From the NCBI GenBank assembly GCA_963715985.1, contig CAVQSP010000010.1:192001-256000 (forward strand): a stretch of DNA of 64,000 bases, given 5' to 3'. Under the pieces are notes generated by a model that saw only the letters and a program-made list of their open reading frames with translations, was not told the DNA's origin and did not search any database. This DNA is from an uncultured Thermoleophilia bacterium (GTDB taxonomy: Bacteria > Actinomycetota > Thermoleophilia > UBA2241). Shown here piece by piece: positions 18,018 to 27,277 of the stretch. Made by a program: the position numbers and the translations under genes. The first letter of the stretch is position 1. Every line of letters starts with the position of its first letter.

Positions 18018-18066
18018 CTCACACGAACCTGACAGTCGCCTGCCCTGAGGCTCACCAGTCCCTAAC
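18018..18066 (+). promoter_or_regulatory. Pho-box-like array (five 11-bp units)
   Basis: CTCAC 18018, CTGAC 18029, CTGCC 18040, CTCAC 18051, CTAAC 18062. Confidence 0.7.
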
Positions 18067-18138
18067 GGGCGCGCACAAGACTCGCCGCAGGCAACGCCCC
18101 GTGGCGCAGCCGCGACCCGCGAAAGGAGACTGCAGGAG

Positions 18139-19805
18139 ATGAAGACACGACGCACGAGGAGGCTGCGGCGCACAGTGGTGTTCGCGGCCGCCGCCGCCCT
18201 GATGGTCCTTGTGTTGGCCGCCTCTGCGAGCGCCGCCACCAAGAAGAGCACCGGACGCTGGGAGTCCGGCGACATCCACACGCACACCTGGCTCACCGAC
18301 GGCAAGAACACCCAGGGCGAAGTGCTACGCAACGCGTTCGAGAACTACGGTCTGGACTACTTCGCCAACTCGGAGCACGGCGGGCAGTCGACGTACAACC
18401 CGGCCGGCCTCGCGTTCGTGACCCCGGTCTGGCGCTGGATCACGCTGACGAACTGCTCCTTCCCCGTCATCCTTGACGCCCGCCAGTCGTATCCGGAGAA
18501 GCAGATCATCCAGGGCCTGGAGTGGAACGCGCCGACGCACGAGCACGTCAGCGTCGGCATCGTGGCGGCCGGCAACGAGCCCGGTGGCATCGGTACCTTC
18601 GAGTATCGCTTCGACGCCAAGGACACCGACACCAGCCGCGCCGGTGAGGCGACCAAGGCCGTCACGCACACCGAGAAGGACGCAGCCGGGAACACCATCA
18701 CCATCACCGACGTGCCCGCCATCTCGATGGACAAGACCAACACGACTGCCGCCGACACGATCGCTGCCGTCCAGTGGCTGGACGATAACTTCAGCACCGA
18801 CGCGTACGCGGTGGTCAACCATCCGTCACGCGCCCAGCTCTGGCACGTCGGCGACTTCCGCGCGCTCAACGACGCCGCCCCGACGGTGGCCTTCGGCATG
18901 GAAGGCCTTCCCGGTCACCAGCCCGAGCTCATGGGGCGCGGCGGCTACGACTACGCGTTCGCTGACGCGGCCGTCCAGGAGCGCGCCCGTACCTACGGCG
19001 GCGCCGACTGGATGACCGCCAAGGTCGGCGGTCTCTGGGACTCGCTGCTCGGCGAGGGCCGGAACTGGTGGATCTTCAACAACAGCGACTACCATCAATA
19101 CTCGACGAACTACAACGACGCCAGCGGCGCCTTCTACGCGACGCGCTACTACGACTTCTGGCCGGGCCAGTACAACAAGACGTGGACGTGGGTCGACCAG
19201 CCCACCACCGAGGGCGTCGTGGACGCCATGCGCTCGGGCAACTCCTTCGTGGCCGACGGTGACCTCATCAGCGCCCTGAACTTCAAGGTCGTGGACGGCA
19301 AGAAGAGCGCGACCATGGGCCAGACGCTCACCTCGAGCCGCGGCAAGACCGTCACCGTGACCGTCGCCTTCAAGTCGCCGGAGATGAACGCCAACGGCGA
19401 CTCCGTGAAGGTGGACCACGTCGACCTGATCGCCGGCGACGTGACCGGGCCTATCAGCCCGTCCAGCGCGGACTACACGACCAAGGAGACCAACAGCTCA
19501 ACCAAGGTCGTCTCGAGCTTCAAGACCTTCCAGAACAAGGCCGGCTGGCTCAGCGCCTCGTTCAAGGTGAAGGTCGAAGGCCCGATGTACTTCCGCCTGC
19601 GCGGCACGAACCTGCCGCCCAGCACCGCCAACGAGACCGACGCGGAGGGCAACCCGCTCGTCGACACGCTCAGCTACGTCGACGTGCCGAACCCCGATCC
19701 CAAGGCGGCGGCGACGACGCCGACGATCCACGGCAACCTGCCGCCAGATCGTGCTGGGACGACCTCTGGTTCTACTCCAACCCGATCTACGTCAGCACGC
19801 CCTGA
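18139..19805 (+). CDS. Secreted PHP-domain metallophosphoesterase (frameshift near 19745)
   Basis: Signal peptide; GDIHTHT, SEHGG, EWNAPTHEH, NHPSR, NSDYH; the likely true end WDDLWFYSNPIYVSTP-stop is in another frame. Confidence 0.8.
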
Positions 19806-19834
19806 GCGGCAGCTGATCCTACCAAGCCTCGGCG

Positions 19835-19873
19835 GAGGGCGCGGGGCCGGCGCAAGCCGGGCCCCGCGCCCTC
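19835..19873. terminator. Hairpin between convergent genes
   Basis: GAGGGCGCGGGGCCGGC-gcaa-GCCGGGCCCCGCGCCCTC followed by TTT. Confidence 0.65.
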
Positions 19874-19878
19874 TTTCG

Positions 19879-21135
19879 TCAGCTGAAGCGCAGCGGGGAG
19901 AGCAGGGTCAGGTCCAGCGAGGGCGCCCGTCCGCCGGCGATCTCGGCCACCAGCCGGCCGGTGACCGGTCCGAGCGTGAGGCCGAGCATGCAGTGACCGG
20001 CGGCGACGATGACGCGCTCGCGGCGCGGCACGCGACCGACGACCGGCAGGCCGTCGGGCGTCACCGGCCGCGGCCCGCGCCACACCTGCCGCGTCTCGCC
20101 GTCGGCGGGGATGCCCATCACGCGCTCCGCGCCCTCGCGCAGACGCGCGACGCGGCGGCGCCTCACGCGCATGTCCCAGCCGGAGAGTTCGAGCGTGCTC
20201 CCCAGGCGCAGGCTGTCCCCCAGCGGCGTCAGGACGACGTGGGCGTCGCCCAGGTAGAGGGGCACTTCGGGGAAGTCGGCAGGCCGCTCGACGTCGACGC
20301 TGTAGCCCTTGGCCGGCTCGATGGGAAGCGGCAGGCCGAGGTCGCGCGTCAGCGCGGGCGTCCAGGCGCCGGCAGCCAGCACCACCTGCTCGGCCGCGAA
20401 CTCGCCGCGTGTGGTCACGAGGCGTACGCCCGCGCCGTCAGGCTCCAGTGCGATGGCTTCCGTGCCCGTACGCACGTCGGCGCCGTCGTCGGCAGCGCGG
20501 GAGGCCATGGCGCGGGTGAAGAGTGCCGGGTCCATGTGCCCGTCCTCGGGATAGGCGATGGCGCCGGCGAGGCGGCCGCGTACGCCCGCGAAGCGGGCGC
20601 CGACGTCCGCCTCGGTCAGCACGTCGGCCTGCACTCCCAGGGGGCGCGATGCCTCGAGCTCCTCGAGCGCCGCGGCCAGCGACTCCGGCGACTCGTAGGC
20701 CTGCACGAGGCCGTCGCGATGGTACAGCCAGCGCTCGCCGCCGTCCGTCGCCAGGGCGTCGTGCAGGCCGACGCTGGCCACGTGCAGGCTGCGCAGCACG
20801 GGCATCGCCGCCTCCACCCTGGCTGGAGTAGCGGCGGCGCGAAACAGCCAGAGCCAGCGCAGCAGCGCCGCGCTCGGCCGCGGCGCGATGTAGAAGGGGC
20901 TGGACGTGTCCAGCAACCAGCGCAGGCCCTGGCCAAGGGCGCCGGGCGACGCCAGCGGCACGCAGTCGCCGGGCACCAGCAGGCCGCAGTTGGCGTGCGC
21001 CCCGCAGGCGACGGGTGCGATCTCGCTCTCGCGCTCGAGCAGGGTGACCGCCGCGCCTGCGGCCGCCAGAGCCTGGGCGGCGCAGGCTCCTACGGGTCCG
21101 CCGCCCACCACCACCACGTCCGTGCGCTGGTGCAT
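19879..21135 (-). CDS. dadA: D-amino acid dehydrogenase-like FAD oxidoreductase
   Basis: VVGGGPVG FAD motif, PLASPG, PAKGYS, GPRPVTPDGLPVVG, GHCMLGLTLGP. Confidence 0.85.
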   Translation of the reverse strand: MHQRTDVVVVGGGPVGACAAQALAAAGAAVTLLERESEIAPVACGAHANCGLLVPGDCVPLASPGALGQGLRWLLDTSSPFYIAPRPSAALLRWLWLFRAAATPARVEAAMPVLRSLHVASVGLHDALATDGGERWLYHRDGLVQAYESPESLAAALEELEASRPLGVQADVLTEADVGARFAGVRGRLAGAIAYPEDGHMDPALFTRAMASRAADDGADVRTGTEAIALEPDGAGVRLVTTRGEFAAEQVVLAAGAWTPALTRDLGLPLPIEPAKGYSVDVERPADFPEVPLYLGDAHVVLTPLGDSLRLGSTLELSGWDMRVRRRRVARLREGAERVMGIPADGETRQVWRGPRPVTPDGLPVVGRVPRRERVIVAAGHCMLGLTLGPVTGRLVAEIAGGRAPSLDLTLLSPLRFS

Positions 21136-21168
21136 GTCCGCCCCTCCCGGTCGTGTGTACCCCGTATG

Positions 21169-21184
21169 CTAACCAAGTTCTAAC
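21169..21184 (+). promoter_or_regulatory. Pho-box-like direct repeat upstream of phoB
   Basis: CTAAC 21169 and CTAAC 21180. Confidence 0.65.
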
Positions 21185-21232
21185 ATCCGGACGGTAGCGT
21201 CGTTCGTCGGGCCTGCAGCAGGATCATGGGCG

Positions 21233-21940
21233 GTGATGGTGGCCAAAGAGACCGTGCTCGTCGTGGACGACGAGCGAGATATCCTCGAGCTCGTCAAGTA
21301 CAACCTCGACAAAGAGGGCTATCAGGTGACCGTCGTGGCGACCGGCGAGGACGCCCTGCTCGCGACGCGCACCAAGATGCCCGACATCGTCGTCCTTGAC
21401 CTGATGCTTCCGGGTGTCGACGGGCTTGAGGTCTGCCGGCGCCTCAAGGCCGATCCCAAGACTCGCACGATTCCGATCGTCATGCTCACCGCCAAGGGTG
21501 ACGAAGCCGATGTGGTCACCGGTCTGGAGCTCGGCGCCGCCGACTACGTCACCAAGCCGTTCAGCCCGCGGGTGCTCACGGCGCGGATCCGCGCCGTGCT
21601 GCGGCGGGGCGATGCCGCGGAAGACACGGGGACCACGATCCGCGTGAAGGACCTCACCATCCATCCGGGTCGGCACCAGGTGACGGTCAACGACAAGCCC
21701 GTCGAGCTCACGGCCACGGAGTTCCGCATCATGGTCTTTCTGGCCAAGCGCCCCGGTTGGGTGTTCACTAGGCAGCAGATCGTCGACGCCGCCCAAGGGG
21801 ATGACGTATTCGTCACGGACCGCTTCGTCACCGACCGCTCGGTCGATGTGCACATCGTCTCGCTGCGCCGCAAGCTCGGAGAGTGCGGCGCGTACATCGA
21901 GACCGTGCGCGGGGTGGGGTACCGTCTTCAGGACGAGTGA
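21233..21940 (+). CDS. phoB: PhoB/PhoP-type response regulator
   Basis: VVDDE, LDLMLPG, MLTAKG, DYVTKPFS, winged-helix IETVRGVGY; adjacent to a PhoR-like kinase and the pst operon. Confidence 0.88.
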   Translation: MMVAKETVLVVDDERDILELVKYNLDKEGYQVTVVATGEDALLATRTKMPDIVVLDLMLPGVDGLEVCRRLKADPKTRTIPIVMLTAKGDEADVVTGLELGAADYVTKPFSPRVLTARIRAVLRRGDAAEDTGTTIRVKDLTIHPGRHQVTVNDKPVELTATEFRIMVFLAKRPGWVFTRQQIVDAAQGDDVFVTDRFVTDRSVDVHIVSLRRKLGECGAYIETVRGVGYRLQDE

Positions 21941-21943
21941 CCC

Positions 21944-23740
21944 GTGCGTAGACCGCGGCTGTTCTGGCGCATCTTCCTCACGTACCTCCTCGTCATCGCG
22001 CTCTGCGCGACCGCCGTCGGCTTCTTCGCCGTGCGCTCGGCGCGGAGTTTCTACGTGGCGCACACGGAGAGCGAACTGCAGGCGCGCGCGCAGCTCGTGC
22101 GCGAGCAGGTCGTGGCCGACGTCGGTACCCAGAGCGCCGATGCGCTCGAACTGCTGGTGCGCCGGCTCGGGGCGGCCTCAGGCACGCGCATCACGCTGAT
22201 CTCGGCGGGTCTGCCCGGCGCGGTGTCGGGGACGGTGCTGGCCGACTCGGACTCCGTGCCGGCTGAGATGGGCGATCACAGCGACCGGCCCGAGTTCAGA
22301 CAGGCACTCCTGGGCCGCACGGGCGTCTCCATCCGTCACAGCACCACGCTTGACGTGGAGATGATGTATGTGGCCGTGCCCGTCATCGAGGACGGCCGCG
22401 TGACGTCCGTCGTGCGCGCGGCCATCCCGCTCACGCGGGTCAACAGCGCGCTGGCTGAGCTGTATTGGCGCATCGGGTTGAGTGCCGTGGTCGTCGCCGT
22501 GATCGCGGCGCTCATCGGGCTGTTGGTCTCCAGCCGCATCAGCCGGCAGATGCGCGAGATCAAGGACGGCGCCGAACGCCTCGCCGGCGGCGACTTCGCG
22601 TACAAGCTGTACGTGCCGCGCACGCTCGAGTTCGCGGCCGTGGCCGAGAGCCTCAACGCCATGGCCGAGGAGCTCGACGACAAGATCGGCACGCTGACGA
22701 GGGAGCGCAACGAGCGGGAGGCGGTCCTCGCCAGCATGGTGGAGGGCGTCCTGGCCGTGGACGCCGACGAGCGCATCATCGCGCTCAACGCCGCGGCGGC
22801 CGGGCTAGCCGGGGTCACCCCGGAAGAGGCGGAGGGGCACTCGGTGCAGGAGGTGCTGCGCAACCCCGACCTTCAGCGCGTGGTCGCCCAGACGCTGTCC
22901 GGGCACGAGCCCGTGGAGGCCGACATCATCATGCGCGTCGGGTCCGAGGAGCGCTCGCTGCAGGCCAACGGGACGCTGCTGCGCGCCGGCGACGGGGAGG
23001 CATCGGCCGGCGCCGTCGTCGTGCTCAACGACGTGACCAGGCTCAAGCGCCTGGAGGCGGTGCGTCGCGACTTCGTCGCCAACGTGTCGCACGAGCTCAA
23101 GACGCCGGTGACCTCCATCAAGGGGTTCGCTGAGACCCTGGAGGACGGCGCGCTCGACGACCCGGAGACGGCGCGCCGGTTCGTCGGCATCATCGTTGGA
23201 CAAGCGGACCGGCTGAACTCGATCATCGGCGACCTGCTCTCGCTGTCGACGCTCGAGCAGCGCGAGGGCGAGTCGCGCCTCACGCTTGAGGAGACGGACA
23301 TCTGCGACGTCCTGCGCGTGGCCGTGGAGGTCTGCGAGCTCAAGGCGCAGGCCAAGCGCATCTCGATCAGCGTGGCCTGTGTGCGCTGCGTGCTCACGGC
23401 CGTGAACTCGCCGCTGCTCGAGCAGGCGGTCGTCAATCTCGTCGACAACGCCGTCAAGTACAGCCCCGAGGGCAGTGCGGTGCAAGTCGACCTGACCGAG
23501 GCTCCGGACGAGATCATCATCTCCGTGACCGACCATGGGTCCGGGGTGCCGCGCGAACACCTGCCACGCCTGTTCGAGCGCTTCTACCGCGTCGACAAGG
23601 CGCGCAGCCGCGACCTCGGCGGCACGGGCCTGGGCCTGGCCATCGTCAAGCACATCGCCCAGGCTCATGGCGGCAGCGTGTCGGTGGACAGCGTCGTCGG
23701 GCTCGGCAGCACGTTCCGCATCCACCTGCCGCGCGGCTGA
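21944..23740 (+). CDS. phoR: PhoR-type sensor histidine kinase (HAMP, PAS, HisKA, HATPase)
   Basis: Two TMs, DHSDRPEF, RRDFVANVSHELKTP, NLVDNAVKY, FERFYRVDKARSRDLGGTGLGLAIVKH. Confidence 0.9.
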   Translation: MRRPRLFWRIFLTYLLVIALCATAVGFFAVRSARSFYVAHTESELQARAQLVREQVVADVGTQSADALELLVRRLGAASGTRITLISAGLPGAVSGTVLADSDSVPAEMGDHSDRPEFRQALLGRTGVSIRHSTTLDVEMMYVAVPVIEDGRVTSVVRAAIPLTRVNSALAELYWRIGLSAVVVAVIAALIGLLVSSRISRQMREIKDGAERLAGGDFAYKLYVPRTLEFAAVAESLNAMAEELDDKIGTLTRERNEREAVLASMVEGVLAVDADERIIALNAAAAGLAGVTPEEAEGHSVQEVLRNPDLQRVVAQTLSGHEPVEADIIMRVGSEERSLQANGTLLRAGDGEASAGAVVVLNDVTRLKRLEAVRRDFVANVSHELKTPVTSIKGFAETLEDGALDDPETARRFVGIIVGQADRLNSIIGDLLSLSTLEQREGESRLTLEETDICDVLRVAVEVCELKAQAKRISISVACVRCVLTAVNSPLLEQAVVNLVDNAVKYSPEGSAVQVDLTEAPDEIIISVTDHGSGVPREHLPRLFERFYRVDKARSRDLGGTGLGLAIVKHIAQAHGGSVSVDSVVGLGSTFRIHLPRG

Positions 23741-23769
23741 GCCGCTCTGCGTGAACGGGGCTTCACGTC

Positions 23770-24102
23770 GGCCCGCGCCGTGATGCTCCGCACCCAGCGG
23801 CGCCCCTGCATCTGGGCGGCGACGAAGAAGCGACCGTACAGCCGCCGCCCCAGCCTCAGCCGCCGAAACCCCGGGTGGACGCCGACGACGTGGGCGTACG
23901 CCTCATCGGGATGCGTGTGCGACAGGAAGCCCAGGAGAAAGCCGACCAGCTCGGCGTCGGTCTCCAGCACGAAGCTCGTCGTGGCGAACTGCGTGAAGGA
24001 GACGTGCGAGAGCCGTGCGCTCATGGAGCGCCCGCTCCACCACTCGTCGACGACGGCCGGCACGCGGTCGTAGTCCGAGGGGCACGCGTGGCGCAGGCGC
24101 AT
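23770..24102 (-). pseudogene. GNAT acetyltransferase, apparently C-terminally truncated
   Basis: VDEWWSGR, ELVGFLLGF, VGVHPGFRRLRLGRRLY; similarity stops at VRSIT, and the expected N..S..FH..GF segment is absent. Confidence 0.55.
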
Positions 24103-24104
24103 GG

Positions 24105-24302
24105 TCAGCGCTCGCTTCTCGAATACGACGGTTCCATCCGCTCGAGGAACCAGCCGGGGCGGACCGAGAACAGCATGCGGCACCGCTCCGAGCAGAACAG
24201 GTAGCTCCTGCCGTCGATCTCGGTGGTCAGCAGCGCCTGCTCCCTGGTGAGCTGCCGCCCGCACACGGGGTCGTAGTCGGGCCGTTGAAGGGATCCGTTC
24301 AC
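24105..24302 (-). CDS. YHS-domain small protein
   Basis: DPVCG...GRSYLFCSERCRMLF; GGAGG RBS. Confidence 0.75.
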   Translation of the reverse strand: MNGSLQRPDYDPVCGRQLTREQALLTTEIDGRSYLFCSERCRMLFSVRPGWFLERMEPSYSRSER

Positions 24303-24509
24303 AGGGCACACCTCCGTGTCGCCTTCTCGGGGAGGCCGCCGCTTCACGCGACGACTCCGCTCCATGGTGGCGGGCTCGTGTTCACGGCGTGTGTGCCTGA
24401 CGTCAGAAGGCGACGACTCGCCGCCGGCGCGATGCGCGACGTCGGCGCCGCGCCTTCATCGCCCGCCCGCCGGACCTTCACGGGCCGTGAGCCGGAGAGT
24501 ATCCCCTCC

Positions 24510-24536
24510 CTCACGTGAGGCTCATCGGTCGCTCAC
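24510..24536 (+). promoter_or_regulatory. Pho-box-like array upstream of pstS1
   Basis: CTCAC 24510, CTCAT 24521, CTCAC 24532. Confidence 0.7.
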
Positions 24537-24620
24537 GGAGCTCTTCTAGCCTGCACCGGTGGGCACGGCGACGGACGCGGCCGGCCCACTTCTTCCGCAC
24601 TACAACTGCTCGAAGGAGAG

Positions 24621-25688
24621 GTGCCAATGAGATCGGCGAAGTCACGAATCACGCTCGGCACGGCCCTGGTGGGCCTCGTCGCCGTCCTGCTGGCGGTGAT
24701 GATCGCCCCTGCCATGGCGGCGGTGACCATCAACGGCGCGGGCGCCACGTTCCCCGCTCCGCTCTACTACAAGTGGGCCAACGACTTCAAAGCGAAGACC
24801 AGCAACAAGGTCAACTACCAGGCCATCGGCTCCGGTGGCGGGATCTCGGCGATCAAGGCCGGCACGGTGCTGTTCGGCGGCTCCGACACGCCGCTCACGG
24901 CGGCCGACCTCTCCAGCAGCGGCCTCGTGCAGTTCCCGAGCTGCATCGGTGGCGTCGTCCCGATCGTGAACCTGCCCGGCATCACCAACGGCAAGCTCAA
25001 GCTGACCGGCGCGGTGCTGGCCGATATCTACCTCGGCAAGATCACCACGTGGAACGCTTCGGCCATCAAGGCGCTGAACCCCGGCGTCAATCTGCCGTCG
25101 AGCCGAATCCTGGTCGTCCATCGTTCGGACGCCTCGGGCACCTCCTGGATCTTCACCAAGTACCTCTCGGCGGTGTCGAGCGAGTGGGCCAACAAGGTCG
25201 GCGCCGACAAGAGCGTGCGCTGGCCGGTCGGCGTTGCCGGTAAGGGCAACGAGGGCGTCGCCGCGCTGGTGAAACAGTCCAAGGGCCGCATCGGCTACGT
25301 CGAGTACGCCTATTCGGTGCAGTCGCGCATCCCGTGGACGCAGATGAGGAACGCCGCCGGCAAGTTCGTGTCTCCTTCTCTGGGCACCTTCGCGTCCGCC
25401 GCCAGCGGCGCATCGTGGTCGGCCGCCAACGGATTCGGCACCGTCATGGTGAACGCCAAGGGCGCCAACAGCTGGCCGATCACCGGCGCCTCGTTCGTGA
25501 TCGTCAAGAAGAGCACCGGCGACTATGCGACCGCTCACGCCATGTTCCAGTTCTGGGACTGGGCGTACAAGAGCGGCCGTTCTCAGGCGTCCGCGCTCCA
25601 GTACGTGAGCATGCCGCTCTCGGTCGTCAAAGCCGTCGAGAAGGTGTGGCACGCGCAGGTGAAGGCCGGCGGGAAGGCCGCCTGGTAA
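24621..25688 (+). CDS. pstS: Phosphate-binding protein PstS (non-lipoprotein, basic)
   Basis: GAGATFPAPLY, YQAIGSGGG, HRSDASGTS, GKGNEGV, IGYVEYAY; SPI-type signal APAMA|A. Confidence 0.93.
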   Translation: MPMRSAKSRITLGTALVGLVAVLLAVMIAPAMAAVTINGAGATFPAPLYYKWANDFKAKTSNKVNYQAIGSGGGISAIKAGTVLFGGSDTPLTAADLSSSGLVQFPSCIGGVVPIVNLPGITNGKLKLTGAVLADIYLGKITTWNASAIKALNPGVNLPSSRILVVHRSDASGTSWIFTKYLSAVSSEWANKVGADKSVRWPVGVAGKGNEGVAALVKQSKGRIGYVEYAYSVQSRIPWTQMRNAAGKFVSPSLGTFASAASGASWSAANGFGTVMVNAKGANSWPITGASFVIVKKSTGDYATAHAMFQFWDWAYKSGRSQASALQYVSMPLSVVKAVEKVWHAQVKAGGKAAW

Positions 25689-25841
25689 GGACCGTCTGAG
25701 GTCGGCGGGCCCGCCGCAGGAACGCCCGCCCGGACCATTCCCTGGCAGGCACGCGTCCGTGTCGATGCCGTGGTTCACCCTCCGCGGCTGTCGCCCAGCC
25801 GGGCGAGGCGGTGTCCAGGAGTCCGGCGGCGTCCGTCTTGA

Positions 25842-25872
25842 GGGCGGGGCTCCCCTTGCGGGAGCCCCGCCC
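25842..25872 (+). terminator. Hairpin between the two pstS genes
   Basis: GGGCGGGGCTCCC-cttgc-GGGAGCCCCGCCC. Confidence 0.55.
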
Positions 25873-25979
25873 GCCGCTGTCTCTGGTGCCGGTAGAGGTG
25901 CGGCTCGCACCAGCGCCCAAGCCCTCAGCGGTCGATCCGCTGCCCACCCCGACCGGGGCAACGAACGAGCTACGGGTCG

Positions 25980-25995
25980 CTAACCGAACGCTCAC
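25980..25995 (+). promoter_or_regulatory. Pho-box-like direct repeat upstream of pstS2
   Basis: CTAAC 25980 and CTCAC 25991. Confidence 0.65.
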
Positions 25996-26070
25996 ATTGC
26001 GCCGGTAACCTACCTCTTCGGCGACGCGTCTGCGGCGCCACTGTCAGGGAATGACGGCTCATCACGAGAC

Positions 26071-27240
26071 GTGAAGGGGAGGATCTGCATGAAGAAGGTT
26101 CTGCGCCCCCGGCGCGCAACATACGTGGTCGCGGCGCTGCTGGTCGTGGCTGTGGCGGCGCTTGCTCTGGCCGCCTGCGGCGGCAGCGACACCGGAGCAC
26201 CAGGCGGCACCTCTGCCAGCGGCAGCCCCGCTGCGGCCATCGAAGGCTTCACTCCAGTCCCCATGAGTGAGGGCACCATCCTGGGCGCGGGGGCCAGCTT
26301 CCCGGCGCCGCTCTACATGAAGTGGGGTTCGGACTACGCAGGTGTGACGGACGTCAAGCTCAACTATCAGTCCATCGGCTCCGGAGGCGGGATCGCCGCC
26401 ATCGAGGCGAAGACCGTGGACTTCGGCGCCTCGGACGCGCCGCTCGAGCAGAGCGAGCTCGACGCCGCCGGGCTCGCCCAGTTCCCCATGGTGGTCGGCG
26501 GTGTGGTCATCGTCGTGAACCTCGACGGCGTGGCCGACGGGCAGCTCAAGCTCACCCCGGACGTCCTCGCCAACATCTTCATGGGCACCACGACCCAGTG
26601 GGACGACCCATCCATCACCGCGCTCAACCCGGGCGTCTCGCTGCCGGCGACGAAGATCAACGTCGTGCACCGCTCTGACGGCTCCGGCACCACCTGGATC
26701 TTCACGCACTACCTGACCGACGCAGCCGGCACCATCTGGACGGCCGGCGCCGACAAGGAGATCCCCTGGCCGGTGGGCGTGGGCGGCAAGGGCAACGAGG
26801 GTGTGGCCGCCAGCGTACAGCGGCTCAGCGGCTCGATCGGCTACGTGGAGTACGCCTATGCGAAGCAGACCGGCATGACCACCACGCAGCTGCAGAACAA
26901 GGACGGCTCGTGGGTCTCGCCGAGCATCGAGAGCTTCAGCGCGGCCACCGCGAACGCCGACTGGGAGGGCAGCCTGCCCAGCATGTACCTGATCCTCGTG
27001 AACCAGCCCGGCGCCGATTCCTGGCCCATCACCGGCGCCTCGTTCATCCTGGTGCAGAAGGAACAGGCGGATGCCGCCCGCGCCAAGACGGTGTTCGAGT
27101 TCTTTGACTGGGCCTACACGAGCGGGGCCTCCGCGGCCACGCAGCTCGACTACGTGCCGATCCCGGAGAACGTGTACCAGCTGGTCCAGGACCAGGTGTG
27201 GCCGACGGTCGTTGCCTCCGGTACGCCGGTATGGCCGTGA
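26071..27240 (+). CDS. pstS: Phosphate-binding lipoprotein PstS (acidic)
   Basis: Lipobox LAACGG; GAGASFPAPLY, SIGSGGG, DFGASD, HRSDGSGTT; the true start may be the in-frame ATG of MKKVL a few codons downstream. Confidence 0.95.
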   Translation: MKGRICMKKVLRPRRATYVVAALLVVAVAALALAACGGSDTGAPGGTSASGSPAAAIEGFTPVPMSEGTILGAGASFPAPLYMKWGSDYAGVTDVKLNYQSIGSGGGIAAIEAKTVDFGASDAPLEQSELDAAGLAQFPMVVGGVVIVVNLDGVADGQLKLTPDVLANIFMGTTTQWDDPSITALNPGVSLPATKINVVHRSDGSGTTWIFTHYLTDAAGTIWTAGADKEIPWPVGVGGKGNEGVAASVQRLSGSIGYVEYAYAKQTGMTTTQLQNKDGSWVSPSIESFSAATANADWEGSLPSMYLILVNQPGADSWPITGASFILVQKEQADAARAKTVFEFFDWAYTSGASAATQLDYVPIPENVYQLVQDQVWPTVVASGTPVWP

Positions 27241-27277
27241 CCCGCACTCGCTGAACTGACTCCGGGAGGCAGGAACC

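Noticed and set aside
18139-21183. 1014-aa ORF suggesting a large fusion protein
   Set aside because: A frameshift near 19745 runs the PHP gene into the antisense of dadA; the likely real stop is at 19805.
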